From Phycisphaerae bacterium (lineage in GTDB: Bacteria; Planctomycetota; Phycisphaerae; UBA1845; UTPLA1): a stretch of DNA of 64,000 nucleotides. Made by a program: the position numbers and the translations under genes. The stretch lies in assembly GCA_030432035.1 (NCBI GenBank), contig JAUIHO010000001.1:74-64073 (forward strand). Direction: 5' to 3'. The stretch's first letter is position 1. Each line of letters begins with the position of its first letter. Below, in pieces: positions 29,064 to 38,640 of the stretch. The notes below the pieces were generated by a model. That model ran no database searches. It had not been told where the DNA came from and saw only the letters and a program-made list of their open reading frames with translations.

Positions 29064-29821
29064 TGCGCGCAACACCACGAATTGTGATCAAGGTCGGCGG
29101 CGCACAAATTTCGACCGACGAAGGCCTGGCTCAACTGTTGAGCTTCGTGCGCAAGACGACGCAAGCGAACCAACAAGTTGTATTGGTGCACGGCGGTGGC
29201 AAAGACATCGGACGCATCCATCAACAACTAGGCGTACCGTTTGCCACCGAATCGGGCCTGCGTGTGACGTCGGACGAATCGATGGAAATCGTCACGATGG
29301 TGTTGGCAGGCCTCGTGAATAAGCGTTTGGTATCGATGTTCGTGAATGCGGGCATCAACGCCATCGGTGTTTGCGGTTCAGACCTTGGCATTATGCGATC
29401 CGAACCGATCAACGCGGAACGTCTCGGTCGTGTCGGCGGTCCGCCCAAGGTCGATGTGCAAGCGCTCGAAACGATGATGCAGCACAGCGATATCGCGGTC
29501 GTGTCGCCGGTTTGCTTGGGCGACGACGGCGGCTTGCTCAACGTGAATGCAGATATGGTCGCACAGTCGGTGGCCATTGCACTACGAGCCGACCAACTCG
29601 ACTTCGTAACCGACGTAGAAGGCATTCGCGCTGAAAACGGCGTGTTGCGCAAACTCGATATCGACGGCCTGCGAGCGCTACTCGGTGAAAGCGTTGTGAC
29701 CGGCGGCATGATTCCGAAGGTGCAAGCGGCACTGGGCGCGGTTACCGGCGGCGTAGGTCGCGTTCGCATGGGGCATTACGAAAGCCTCGGCGGCAACACG
29801 GCCACGGAGGTGTGCGGATGA
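29060..29821 (+). CDS. argB: acetylglutamate kinase
   Basis: The motifs 'IKVGG', 'LVHGGG' and 'NVNAD' are present. Its start overlaps the argC stop. Confidence 0.9.
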   Translation: MMRATPRIVIKVGGAQISTDEGLAQLLSFVRKTTQANQQVVLVHGGGKDIGRIHQQLGVPFATESGLRVTSDESMEIVTMVLAGLVNKRLVSMFVNAGINAIGVCGSDLGIMRSEPINAERLGRVGGPPKVDVQALETMMQHSDIAVVSPVCLGDDGGLLNVNADMVAQSVAIALRADQLDFVTDVEGIRAENGVLRKLDIDGLRALLGESVVTGGMIPKVQAALGAVTGGVGRVRMGHYESLGGNTATEVCG

Positions 29822-31029
29822 GTGCAACCGCACCCGCTAAACAAAACGTAACAACGCACCCTATGGTCAACGCCGCGCATGACAACCTCGCGTTGGTTTA
29901 TGGCGAATGGCCAAACACCGTCTTTGTCGATGGTTGCGGTTGCGAGTTAATCAGCGATCGTGGCGAGCGTTTTCTGGACATGACCAGCGGCATCGCTGTG
30001 ACAGCACTCGGCCATCGATCGGCGATCGTTGAAAACGCATTAAAGCGCGCCGCCGAAGGATTAACGCACACGTCGAACTTGTACCTGACGTCGCCCGCCG
30101 TCGAATTGGCGACGGCGTTGTTGAATCGCTCTTTTGCCGATCGCGCTTTCTTTTGCAACTCCGGTGCGGAGGCGAACGAAGCGATGATCAAGTTCGCGCG
30201 ATTGGCTGCCGGTGAAAGCCGAACCAAGGTGATTTACTTCGATCATTCATTCCACGGTCGCACGTTTGGTGCGCTGTCGGCAACGGATAAGGACGCGATC
30301 AAGACGCCCTTTGCTCCGTTGGTGCCCGACTACGAACGCTGCCGCTTTGGTGAGACGACGGATTTTGCCAAGATCGATGAAACAACGGCATGCGTATTGG
30401 TCGAGCCTGTGCAAGGTGAAGGCGGCGTGCGACCTGCAACGAAAGAATGGATGCAAGCGTTGCGTCGTCGTTGCGACGAAGTCGGCGCGCTGTTGGGCGT
30501 TGACGAAGTGCAATGCGGATTGGGCCGCACGGGTAAATTGTTTGCCCACGAGCACTTTGACATCACGCCCGATTTGATGGCGTTGGCGAAGCCGATGGCC
30601 GGCGGATTGCCCATCGGCGCTGTGTTGATGACGGAACAAATCGCAGATTCGCTACATCCGGGTTGTCACGGCACGACCTTTGGCGGTGGGCCAGTGGTTA
30701 CCGCAGTTGCGTTGGCTGTGTTGAATGAAGTTGCTCAACCGGCGTTTCTCGAAAACGTGACCCACAAGGGCGCTTTCTTAAGGTCGCGTTTAGAAAAAAT
30801 TCATTCCAATCTGATAGAAGAGGTCAGAGGAATGGGGCTGATGCTGGGAGTACGCGTCAACATCGATCCAAAACGCGTTATGAAATCAGCGTGGAATCAT
30901 CGGCTGCTGGTAACGACGGCCGGCGCGGATGTCGTGCGTTTCTTACCCCCATTGAATGCGACCGAAGACGATTTGAACGACGCCGTTGAGCGTTTTGCCA
31001 CCACTCTCGCCGAGTTGGAACAAGCATGA
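29818..31029 (+). CDS. argD: acetylornithine aminotransferase
   Basis: It is a class-III aminotransferase, with 'FFCNSGAEANE' and 'DEVQCGLGRTGK' (PLP Lys region). It makes an ATGA overlap with argB. Confidence 0.9.
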   Translation: MSATAPAKQNVTTHPMVNAAHDNLALVYGEWPNTVFVDGCGCELISDRGERFLDMTSGIAVTALGHRSAIVENALKRAAEGLTHTSNLYLTSPAVELATALLNRSFADRAFFCNSGAEANEAMIKFARLAAGESRTKVIYFDHSFHGRTFGALSATDKDAIKTPFAPLVPDYERCRFGETTDFAKIDETTACVLVEPVQGEGGVRPATKEWMQALRRRCDEVGALLGVDEVQCGLGRTGKLFAHEHFDITPDLMALAKPMAGGLPIGAVLMTEQIADSLHPGCHGTTFGGGPVVTAVALAVLNEVAQPAFLENVTHKGAFLRSRLEKIHSNLIEEVRGMGLMLGVRVNIDPKRVMKSAWNHRLLVTTAGADVVRFLPPLNATEDDLNDAVERFATTLAELEQA

Positions 31030-31520
31030 CACGAGAACAGATTCATCCATCACCGAACGGCCCTTTCACCATCGAAACGGCCGTGGCCGACGATCACTTG
31101 CCGCTCATCGAGTTGCTAGCAAAGACAGTGCCCGACTGCTCGCCCGAGACGGTTTGGGAACTGCCGTGGTCGTGGACGAAGTACCGCGTCGCGAAGGATT
31201 CCGGCGGTCAGGTCATCGGCGCCGCCATGTTGCGCTGCATCGACGACCACTGTACGGAGATTCGCGGGTTGGCCGTCGCGTCGAACTGGCGCGGTTGTGG
31301 CATTGCCGGCGCGTTGGTGGAAGACGCGTTGGAACTTGCGGCGGAGATGGAGAAGGAAGTTGTTTGCGTCACACGCAAGCCGACGTTTTTCGAGCAATAC
31401 GGCTTTCGCAGCACGTTTCCGACGTGGCTCGACCAGAAGCGACGCAGCTTTCGCGAATCGGACGATGACGGCGACGCACCTCGCATTGCGATGCGCGTGT
31501 GCGACCCGTTAGAAGCATAA
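31026..31520 (+). CDS. GNAT family N-acetyltransferase (short ArgA-like?)
   Basis: The acetyl-CoA loop 'VASNWRGCGIAGALVE' (R/Q-x-x-G-x-G/A) is present. It is embedded between argD and argJ, with an ATGA overlap to argD. Confidence 0.7.
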   Translation: MTREQIHPSPNGPFTIETAVADDHLPLIELLAKTVPDCSPETVWELPWSWTKYRVAKDSGGQVIGAAMLRCIDDHCTEIRGLAVASNWRGCGIAGALVEDALELAAEMEKEVVCVTRKPTFFEQYGFRSTFPTWLDQKRRSFRESDDDGDAPRIAMRVCDPLEA

Positions 31521-31533
31521 GGCGACGACCCAG

Positions 31534-32751
31534 ATGCCCACAGCAATTGCAAACGATGCAATCAGACCGATTGCCAACGGCGACCTATTTAGCGTGCCGG
31601 GCCTTAATGGCGCGGCCGTCAAGACGGGCGTGAAGGAATCGGGCGATCTCGATTTGGCGTTGATTGTTGCCGACGAGCCGATGAACGTGGCCGCGATGTT
31701 CACGAAGAACGCGATGGCCGCCGCGCCGGTGCAGTTGTGTCGCGAGATTCTGAAAGATACTCGACAGATCAAAGGCATCGTCGTGAATTCGGGCAATGCG
31801 AACGCATTGACCGGCAAGCGCGGCGCGCAAGACGCGCAACGCATGTTGGGCGAAACCGAAGCAGCGATTAACGGCAAAACGTTGGTGCTTTCGACGGGCA
31901 TCATCGGCGTACCGCTGCCCATCGAAAAAGTGACCGCAGGCATCAAGCAGGCGGCGCAGCAGTTGCAATCCAATTGCGAAGACGTTGCCGAAGCAATGCT
32001 GACGACCGACACGATCAGGAAAACCGTCGCATTTGAAGTTGAGGCCGATGGCCAAACGTACCGCGTGGGCGGCGTTGCCAAGGGTTCGGGCATGATTCAT
32101 CCGAACATGGCGACGATGCTGGCCGTCGTGGCGACGGATGCACCGTTGGCGCAAGACGCCATGCAGCCGCTGTTAAAACGCGCCGTCGATGATTCGTTTC
32201 ATCGCATTAGCGTTGACGGCGATACCAGCACGAACGATGCCGTGGTGTTGATGGCCAAACCGGCACAAGCAGGTGACGAACTAAGCGCCGAGGGTACTGC
32301 GTTAATCGAATCGGCTATCGGTCGCGCTTGTCGGGAATTGGCGCAATCGATCGTGTGTGATGCCGAAGGCTCCACGCGCGTGATGGATATCGAAGTCATC
32401 GGCGCGGCAACCATCGAAGATGCCGAGCGCATTACAGAAAGCGTTGCGACATCCAGCTTGGTGAAAACGGCGTTGGCCGGTGCCAACCCCAATTGGGGAC
32501 GTATCATCTCGGCGGCGGGCAATGCGGGCGTCGCACTGTCGCCCGATGACATCACGCTGGAACTCGAAGGACAAACCGTATTTGAAAAAGGCGAAGTGAT
32601 CGCGGCCGACCAAGGCCGCCTTGATGAAGCGTTTGGACAAGACCGGGTACGAGTTCGCCTGACGGTCGGAACGGGACCGGTGACGCGGCACATGCTGGCA
32701 TCGGATCTGAGCAAACGCTACGTCGAAATCAATTCGGAATACACCACCTAA
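31534..32751 (+). CDS. argJ: bifunctional glutamate N-acetyltransferase / amino-acid acetyltransferase
   Basis: The autoprocessing site 'HPNMATMLAVVATDA' and the 'GANPNWGRI' motif are present. Confidence 0.9.
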   Translation: MPTAIANDAIRPIANGDLFSVPGLNGAAVKTGVKESGDLDLALIVADEPMNVAAMFTKNAMAAAPVQLCREILKDTRQIKGIVVNSGNANALTGKRGAQDAQRMLGETEAAINGKTLVLSTGIIGVPLPIEKVTAGIKQAAQQLQSNCEDVAEAMLTTDTIRKTVAFEVEADGQTYRVGGVAKGSGMIHPNMATMLAVVATDAPLAQDAMQPLLKRAVDDSFHRISVDGDTSTNDAVVLMAKPAQAGDELSAEGTALIESAIGRACRELAQSIVCDAEGSTRVMDIEVIGAATIEDAERITESVATSSLVKTALAGANPNWGRIISAAGNAGVALSPDDITLELEGQTVFEKGEVIAADQGRLDEAFGQDRVRVRLTVGTGPVTRHMLASDLSKRYVEINSEYTT

Positions 32752-32766
32752 ACCCCTGAACGAAAG

Positions 32767-33348
32767 GTGCATAATAGAATGGCTACACAGACGATGACGA
32801 AAACGAAGACGCTTGTCGATCGACCCACGCTCAAGATTCGCGCCGCGCGGCGCGATGATATGGGATTGATCGCGGACTTTGTTCGGTCTTCGGCCGAATG
32901 GTATCGCCCGATCGTCGATGAAAAGGACATGGCCGAACACGAAGTCGGCGAAGCCTGGGCCGAAGAAAACTTTCAAAAGCGTGACTTCTACGTCGGCATC
33001 ACCGAAGACGGTGAGTCAGTCGGTACGATTTCGCTGCAATACTTCGGCGACTGGGCTTATCTCGGTTACATCTATCTCGATGTAAAGCACGTCGGCAAGG
33101 GCTTTGGCCAAACGCTGATGAACTATGCCGAACAGAAAGCCCGCGCAGCCGGCATGCGCGGCATGTCGCTCATCGCGCATCCGGAAGCCGAGTGGGCCGG
33201 AAAGGCTTACCTGAAGTACGGCTTTGAGATTGTTGAGACCGACAAGGAAGCCGTAACGTCTTGGAACGACGGCGTTTTGAAGGGCTACTACGAAGAAGAT
33301 TTCGAGCTTTATTTGTACGAGTTCGATTCCGACGACGACAATGACTAG
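32767..33348 (+). CDS. GNAT family N-acetyltransferase
   Basis: The CoA-binding loop 'LDVKHVGKGFGQTLMNYAEQKA' is present. The tail is acidic. Confidence 0.7.
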   Translation: MHNRMATQTMTKTKTLVDRPTLKIRAARRDDMGLIADFVRSSAEWYRPIVDEKDMAEHEVGEAWAEENFQKRDFYVGITEDGESVGTISLQYFGDWAYLGYIYLDVKHVGKGFGQTLMNYAEQKARAAGMRGMSLIAHPEAEWAGKAYLKYGFEIVETDKEAVTSWNDGVLKGYYEEDFELYLYEFDSDDDND

Positions 33349-33416
33349 GCTATCACTGACCGTCGGACGAAACGCTAAGTAAGGCAAACATTTAATCTGG
33401 ATAGGAGTAAGCACTT

Positions 33417-34667
33417 ATGAATCATGCTAACAAGCCACCGGTAGGCCTGTTGGGCTTTTGTATTCCCGCGATGGAAGCGATGGATTCGATCGGGCGACCG
33501 TTCGTGTCGGTCGTTCCGCCCGAGTTTGAGCCGTACATGCAGGAAAACGGCCTCGAATACGTTACGTGGGATTTCGAACGGGTTAATGAGAAATCGATTC
33601 AATTGGCCGACGACTTGCGCGCCAAGGGCGTCGAGTTGGCCATTCCGTTGTACGAACAAACCGTCGAGTGGGCCGGAGCGCTCAACGGTGAGTTTCGCAA
33701 CGATCGCAAGCTATTTACGCGGTATCTGTTGTTCCGCGATAAGGCGATGATGAAGCGCCGGGCCCAAATGTATGGCATTCGCGTGGGTGTTTTTGAAGAA
33801 GCCGACGACCGCGATGCGGTGCGCAAGTTCTTCAAACGTGTAAACACGGCGGCAGTCAAGGTGGACGGCGATATCGAAGACCCGATTCACCTGAAGCCGC
33901 TCGATGCGGCGGGCTGTAAGGGTCACCGCATGATTCGCGCGTTGGCGGATATCGACGAGATTCGCGACGATGAGTTTCCCTGCCTCTTGGAAACCCACCT
34001 TCAGGGGCAGGAGTTTTCATGCGAGGTGTTCGTTCACAACGGTAAGGTGCGTTTCCTCAACATTACTGAGTACGTGCATCTTGGTCACAGCAACTTTGTA
34101 CCGGCGTCGCCGGCGTTGGAAGAGCGTCGCCCGCTAATCCAAAAGGCTGTGGAAGAACTGATTAGCGCGTTCGAAATTCAATACGGCATGATCCATCCCG
34201 AGTTTTTCATCACGCCGGACAATGTGATCAGCTTTGGTGAAGTCGCGGCACGTGTGCCCGGCGGGCACATCTTTGAATTGATCGAAAAGGCTTACGGCTT
34301 CAATCCGTTCGTGGCCTTCGCCCTTGCAGCCGACCCGTCAACGACCGACGCGGAATTCGAAGAATTCTTCCCCAAAATCGGTGAGCACAAAGAGTTCGCG
34401 GGCTGCCTGATGGTGTACCCGCGCAAACGAGTCGTCACTCGCGTCGACGTGCCCGAGCGTTTGTTGGAAGACGATTATTACGAGAAGCACAACCTCTTCG
34501 TGCCGGCCAACCCTAAGGTGGCGGAGCGCGAAGCGTTTGGCGATCACTACGGCACTGTCTATTTCCGCGGCGACGACTGCGAACGCATGCGCGATTTGTT
34601 GCGCGATTACGAGGAAGTGGACTTCTACGATAGTGACACCCCTCAACAAGAGCAGGTAACTGCATGA
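33417..34667 (+). CDS. ATP-grasp domain protein (L-amino-acid-ligase-like size and architecture)
   Basis: 416-aa ORF. ATP-grasp hallmarks are present: 'LKPLDAAGCKG', 'LLETHLQGQEFSCEVFVHNGKV', and 'HPEFFIT...FGEVAARVPGGHI'. Confidence 0.7.
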   Translation: MNHANKPPVGLLGFCIPAMEAMDSIGRPFVSVVPPEFEPYMQENGLEYVTWDFERVNEKSIQLADDLRAKGVELAIPLYEQTVEWAGALNGEFRNDRKLFTRYLLFRDKAMMKRRAQMYGIRVGVFEEADDRDAVRKFFKRVNTAAVKVDGDIEDPIHLKPLDAAGCKGHRMIRALADIDEIRDDEFPCLLETHLQGQEFSCEVFVHNGKVRFLNITEYVHLGHSNFVPASPALEERRPLIQKAVEELISAFEIQYGMIHPEFFITPDNVISFGEVAARVPGGHIFELIEKAYGFNPFVAFALAADPSTTDAEFEEFFPKIGEHKEFAGCLMVYPRKRVVTRVDVPERLLEDDYYEKHNLFVPANPKVAEREAFGDHYGTVYFRGDDCERMRDLLRDYEEVDFYDSDTPQQEQVTA

Positions 34668-36682
34668 CAGACGTAGGTACCGAGGCAGGCCAACTGCCCA
34701 AGACCGACGCGCATGCGTCCGGCGATCTGGTCGATCGATTGGGCGCTAAACTCGACACGATGTTGGACAAGCTCGGCGAAGCGAAGCCCTTCGCGAAGAG
34801 CACCTATCAGACCGATGTGTTTCAAACGTCGGAGTTGATGCTTTCGTCGGATAACGGCATCCGAGCGCTGTACGAGCGCGCCCACCGCTTTGACGATGTC
34901 GGACTATTCGCCAGTGGTGCCTGGGCCGACGCGGCCAAGCTGCAACCGCCACTGGTAGAGGGCAGCCTCAAAGCACACGGCGTTTATCCGATCGTCGAGA
35001 TATTGAGCGACTTGCGCATGTTGGCGATTGCAAGCGGCAAACAGAACCATCCGGAAGTGTCGGCAGCCGATGCGACCAACTTCCTTCAGGAAGTGATGGC
35101 GCTAAATCTGCAATTCGTCTTCCCCGGCGATACCGAGCAGGAACGCATTGAAGGCGGCCCGCATTACGAATCATCGTTGCGGTTGTTTAGATTGCTCTCT
35201 GATGAATTGGGACTCTCGTTTATTCGCGAGTACGTCGTCGCCGAAATCCGTCAGATCATTGCGCAACGACCGATCATGACGGGACGCGTGCGCACGATGA
35301 TTCGCATGGCGGCACGTACGCCCGACTCGAACGGCGACGATACGATTTCCGGTCGATTGAGTGAACTCACGGAAGCGATCGACGGGCCCAGCACGCTCTG
35401 CAAGCAAGCGACGACGTTGGCCGAATACCGCAAATTGTTGCAGCAGTGTGAAAAATCAACGCTGCGCGACGAAGCCGAACAGTTCGCTACGACGGTAAGC
35501 AAGACGGGTTTGGTCGCGCCGCAGCATGCGATTCTTTTGCGTTATTTGGCGACGAAAGAACCCGACATCATTCCCGAGGCGTTGTCGCTGGATGATTACG
35601 GCGCGGCGGAATTTGAGGGACAAATCGAATTCGCCCGACAGCTGGTGAAGGCTGCTATCTTTCCGACGACGGCGCAGTGCATACTCGGATTCGCACGCGT
35701 TTTAGAGCGCGGCCTGTTATCACGCCAAGAAGTCAGCGTCGGTCTCGAACGACTGGTCGATCTCGACTTGCAACCCGATATACGCCGATCGCTACTAGCG
35801 CAGCGGTCAAGGCACGACGGCGTCACAGCCAATTCGATTTTGCTAGCGGGCGCTTTGTCGGTGCTGGGTCAACCGCTCGGCGTCGGGCAAGGTCGCAACC
35901 CGACCTGCCAAGCCGCGCGCGGTATTAGCCTGTGGTCACAATATGCGCCGGCGTATTTGATAGAGTTGGTCGTATCGGCGGCCCGCGATGGTGTGGTGGA
36001 GATTCCGTTCGAAGGGCAAACCGTTCGCTCGGATAAGGCGGTCGTTGAAATGGGTCGCTCGCTCGATCTCAATCTCGACCCGGTATCCGTCGTCCTGGTA
36101 CCGCACCTCGACCGAATTTACGAACAGATGATGAAGCTTGTCGCGTTGCGCAACGAAGACGGTCATAAGTGGGTCAACCCCGCGCTGTATGGTCGCTGGG
36201 TCGCACGCGGCTTTTCGTCGGTCTTTGCCGACGTTGCGCTGACGACGATCTCCGGTTATGAAGATTTCGTGCGACGGTTCTTCGCCACGCATCATCCGTC
36301 GTTTAACGAAGGCCATTCGCTGATGTATCCCAACCCGGTTGGGTTATGCATCACCAACGGCCACGGCGATTACCTCGGCCCGCATGCGGTGTCGTTACAA
36401 CGCGTCTCCGAAGGGCCGGACGGCAAACTGCGGATTTACTTTTTCAATCCGAACAACGAAGGCCGACAGGATTGGGGTCACGATGTGAAGCCATCCATCG
36501 CAGACAATGGCGAGTTGGAAGGTGAGTCGTCGTTACCGTTCAATCAATTCGTCTCGCGGCTGTACGCATTTCATTACAACCCGTACGAAGTCGGCGATGC
36601 GTACGCCGTGCCCGATGCGGTCGTGAATGAAATTCAAAAAGAAGCCAGCGACACGTGGGGCCGCGCGTTTCAGTGGATGTAG
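34664..36682 (+). CDS. hypothetical protein; C-terminal half has a papain-like Q-x5-C...H...N signature
   Basis: 672-aa ORF with an ATGA overlap to the ATP-grasp gene. The signature residues are Gln409-x5-Cys415 ('GQGRNPTCQAARG', Cys codon 35906-35908), 'GPHAVSL' (His574) and 'FFNPNNEG'. The N-terminal half is helical. Confidence 0.5.
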   Translation: MTDVGTEAGQLPKTDAHASGDLVDRLGAKLDTMLDKLGEAKPFAKSTYQTDVFQTSELMLSSDNGIRALYERAHRFDDVGLFASGAWADAAKLQPPLVEGSLKAHGVYPIVEILSDLRMLAIASGKQNHPEVSAADATNFLQEVMALNLQFVFPGDTEQERIEGGPHYESSLRLFRLLSDELGLSFIREYVVAEIRQIIAQRPIMTGRVRTMIRMAARTPDSNGDDTISGRLSELTEAIDGPSTLCKQATTLAEYRKLLQQCEKSTLRDEAEQFATTVSKTGLVAPQHAILLRYLATKEPDIIPEALSLDDYGAAEFEGQIEFARQLVKAAIFPTTAQCILGFARVLERGLLSRQEVSVGLERLVDLDLQPDIRRSLLAQRSRHDGVTANSILLAGALSVLGQPLGVGQGRNPTCQAARGISLWSQYAPAYLIELVVSAARDGVVEIPFEGQTVRSDKAVVEMGRSLDLNLDPVSVVLVPHLDRIYEQMMKLVALRNEDGHKWVNPALYGRWVARGFSSVFADVALTTISGYEDFVRRFFATHHPSFNEGHSLMYPNPVGLCITNGHGDYLGPHAVSLQRVSEGPDGKLRIYFFNPNNEGRQDWGHDVKPSIADNGELEGESSLPFNQFVSRLYAFHYNPYEVGDAYAVPDAVVNEIQKEASDTWGRAFQWM

Positions 36683-36730
36683 GCTCTTAACCAGACCAAA
36701 ATTGCCTTACTCCGATGGCGTTAGATCAAC

Positions 36731-36768
36731 AAGCCCAGGGGTGCCGAGTACGCGGCAACCCTGGGCTT
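36731..36768 (+). terminator. intrinsic terminator-like hairpin
   Basis: The arm AAGCCCAGGG (36731-36740) pairs with CCCTGGGCTT (36759-36768), with an inner 5-bp extension, followed by TTGCTTTTAC. It lies 49 nt after the stop of the 672-aa gene. Confidence 0.6.
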
Positions 36769-36867
36769 TGCTTTTACTATTGAACCGCAGCGTCGCGCTT
36801 GGTATTCTCAGCAATTCATCGGTTGCGATCGCCAGCGTCAACATCTATCTCGCCAACGGGCTGCGGC

Positions 36868-38640
36868 ATGAGTGCGACGGACAAACCATCCAAGATTTAC
36901 CTCGACGAGCTAATCGCCGGTCGCGCTGCCGAGTTCTATCGTTACGTGCGCCGTGTCGATTCGCCGTCGCTGTTGCAATATGTCGTCGAACGCTGGAAGC
37001 AGGCACCAGCCGATTGGGCGCGGACGCAAGCGATAGCCTATTTTGACGAGCCGCTGGATTGCCCCGGTCATGAGTTGGTCGTCAAACGCCTGTTCAAAGA
37101 CGCGGAAGAGCGCGGCGATGACGAGGTGTTGGCCGCCTGCACGGTCGCCTTCGATCGGTTGGTGCGGCGCAAGCGACGGCGCGGATATCGATACGATCCG
37201 ACTTCGCAACAATTTGCGCAACAAGAATATCTCGCCAGCCCGCGCGATCAAATCCCTCACCTGCCGAAGGATAAAGGCAGTCGCTGGGCCGGTGTCGATA
37301 CGGCATCTTACGTTGCCTATTTCAATACGAAGGCCAGCCGCCTGTTTAGCTATCGCACGCGTTATTACCTGCGGCGGCGCGCGTGGCGGTATTACCGACG
37401 CATGGGGTATCAACATCCCGACCGATACGTGCGGTCTGTCGCGACGTTTCTACAGCGGTACAGGGACAGCGATTTTGCGAAAGGCGAGAATATTCTCGAC
37501 AATTGGTCGATGCTGCATGCGTGTTACTTCCACCACGACGCGCTGGAGTTCAGTGATACAAAGGCCAAATTGGTTGAAGGCCACTCGCTAGCCGAGTTAA
37601 CGCCCGCCCCCTATCACGATGCGCTGTGGCGACAGACCGAAGCGTTCGATGTGCTCATCGAATTGTTGGGCACCGCCGAGAGCAGCCTTGTTCGCCTGTG
37701 GGCATTGGAATATCTCAATCAACACCATCGCGCATTGGTTTCATCGCTGACGCCGCAACGTCTAATGCCGCTATTGAACCATGCGGACGAGCGCGTGCAG
37801 AACTTCGCGGCGGAAGCGTTCTCGCAATTAGAGAATCTTGGCAGCCTTGGTATCGACGATTGGCTCGCACTTTTGAAGCTGTCGAGCATTAGCACGCTAA
37901 CGTTAATTTGCGATGCCATGCGTAAGCACGTCGCATCGGATCGGCTCGATCAGCAGCAATTGATCGAACTGGCCTGCGCCCGGCCCGACCCTGTCGCGCG
38001 AATGGGACTAGAGATGGTGCAGGCGCGCCATGCCGAACGCCCCTTCGCGCCGACCGAATTGTGTCGTTTGGCCCATGTCGAGTGTTTATCAATCGCGCGG
38101 CAAGCGGCCGAGTGGGTGCTGTCATTGCTCGGCACCGCATCAACATACGACGTCGAATGGGTATCGCCCTTCTTCGACAGCTTAAATCTGCCGACGCGTT
38201 TAGTAGCGATGGAGTGGCTTATGCCCAAAGCGCCCGGGTGGAACGACCCCGCATTGTGGGCGCGGCTCATCGAAACGCCTTTCGACGACGTGCGGCTCGG
38301 CGTTGTGCAGCGGATCGAACAACGCCTGCGATTGCCCGGCGGTGAAGTCGACCGCCTCGCGCCGGTCTGGACGGCTGTTATTCTTGGCGTACATCGTGGC
38401 GGTCGGCGCAAGCCCGATGCGTTGCGTCAAATCATCAAGGCGATGATCGCGGACCCTGCGCATGTCGAACGATTGTTACCGATCGTGGCCGTTGCCGTTC
38501 GATCCATTCGCGCACCCGAGCGCCGCGCGGCCCTTGCGGCCCTTGCACAGTTGATCGATGCCGCCCCGAACATGCAGGCGACGCTTCAACAAGCGATTCC
38601 GGAATTAACGTTGCCACCGATAGCCGCGGAGATGGCTTGA
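36868..38640 (+). CDS. HEAT/ARM-like helical-repeat protein, function unknown
   Basis: The start is taken at ATG 36868 (MSATDKP). The C-terminal two-thirds show recurring HEAT-like segments ('ERVQNFAAEAF', 'DPVARMGLEMV', 'PTRLVAMEWL', 'DDVRLGVVQRI', 'PERRAALAALAQL'). An Arg/Tyr-rich N-domain is present. Confidence 0.5.
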   Translation: MSATDKPSKIYLDELIAGRAAEFYRYVRRVDSPSLLQYVVERWKQAPADWARTQAIAYFDEPLDCPGHELVVKRLFKDAEERGDDEVLAACTVAFDRLVRRKRRRGYRYDPTSQQFAQQEYLASPRDQIPHLPKDKGSRWAGVDTASYVAYFNTKASRLFSYRTRYYLRRRAWRYYRRMGYQHPDRYVRSVATFLQRYRDSDFAKGENILDNWSMLHACYFHHDALEFSDTKAKLVEGHSLAELTPAPYHDALWRQTEAFDVLIELLGTAESSLVRLWALEYLNQHHRALVSSLTPQRLMPLLNHADERVQNFAAEAFSQLENLGSLGIDDWLALLKLSSISTLTLICDAMRKHVASDRLDQQQLIELACARPDPVARMGLEMVQARHAERPFAPTELCRLAHVECLSIARQAAEWVLSLLGTASTYDVEWVSPFFDSLNLPTRLVAMEWLMPKAPGWNDPALWARLIETPFDDVRLGVVQRIEQRLRLPGGEVDRLAPVWTAVILGVHRGGRRKPDALRQIIKAMIADPAHVERLLPIVAVAVRSIRAPERRAALAALAQLIDAAPNMQATLQQAIPELTLPPIAAEMA

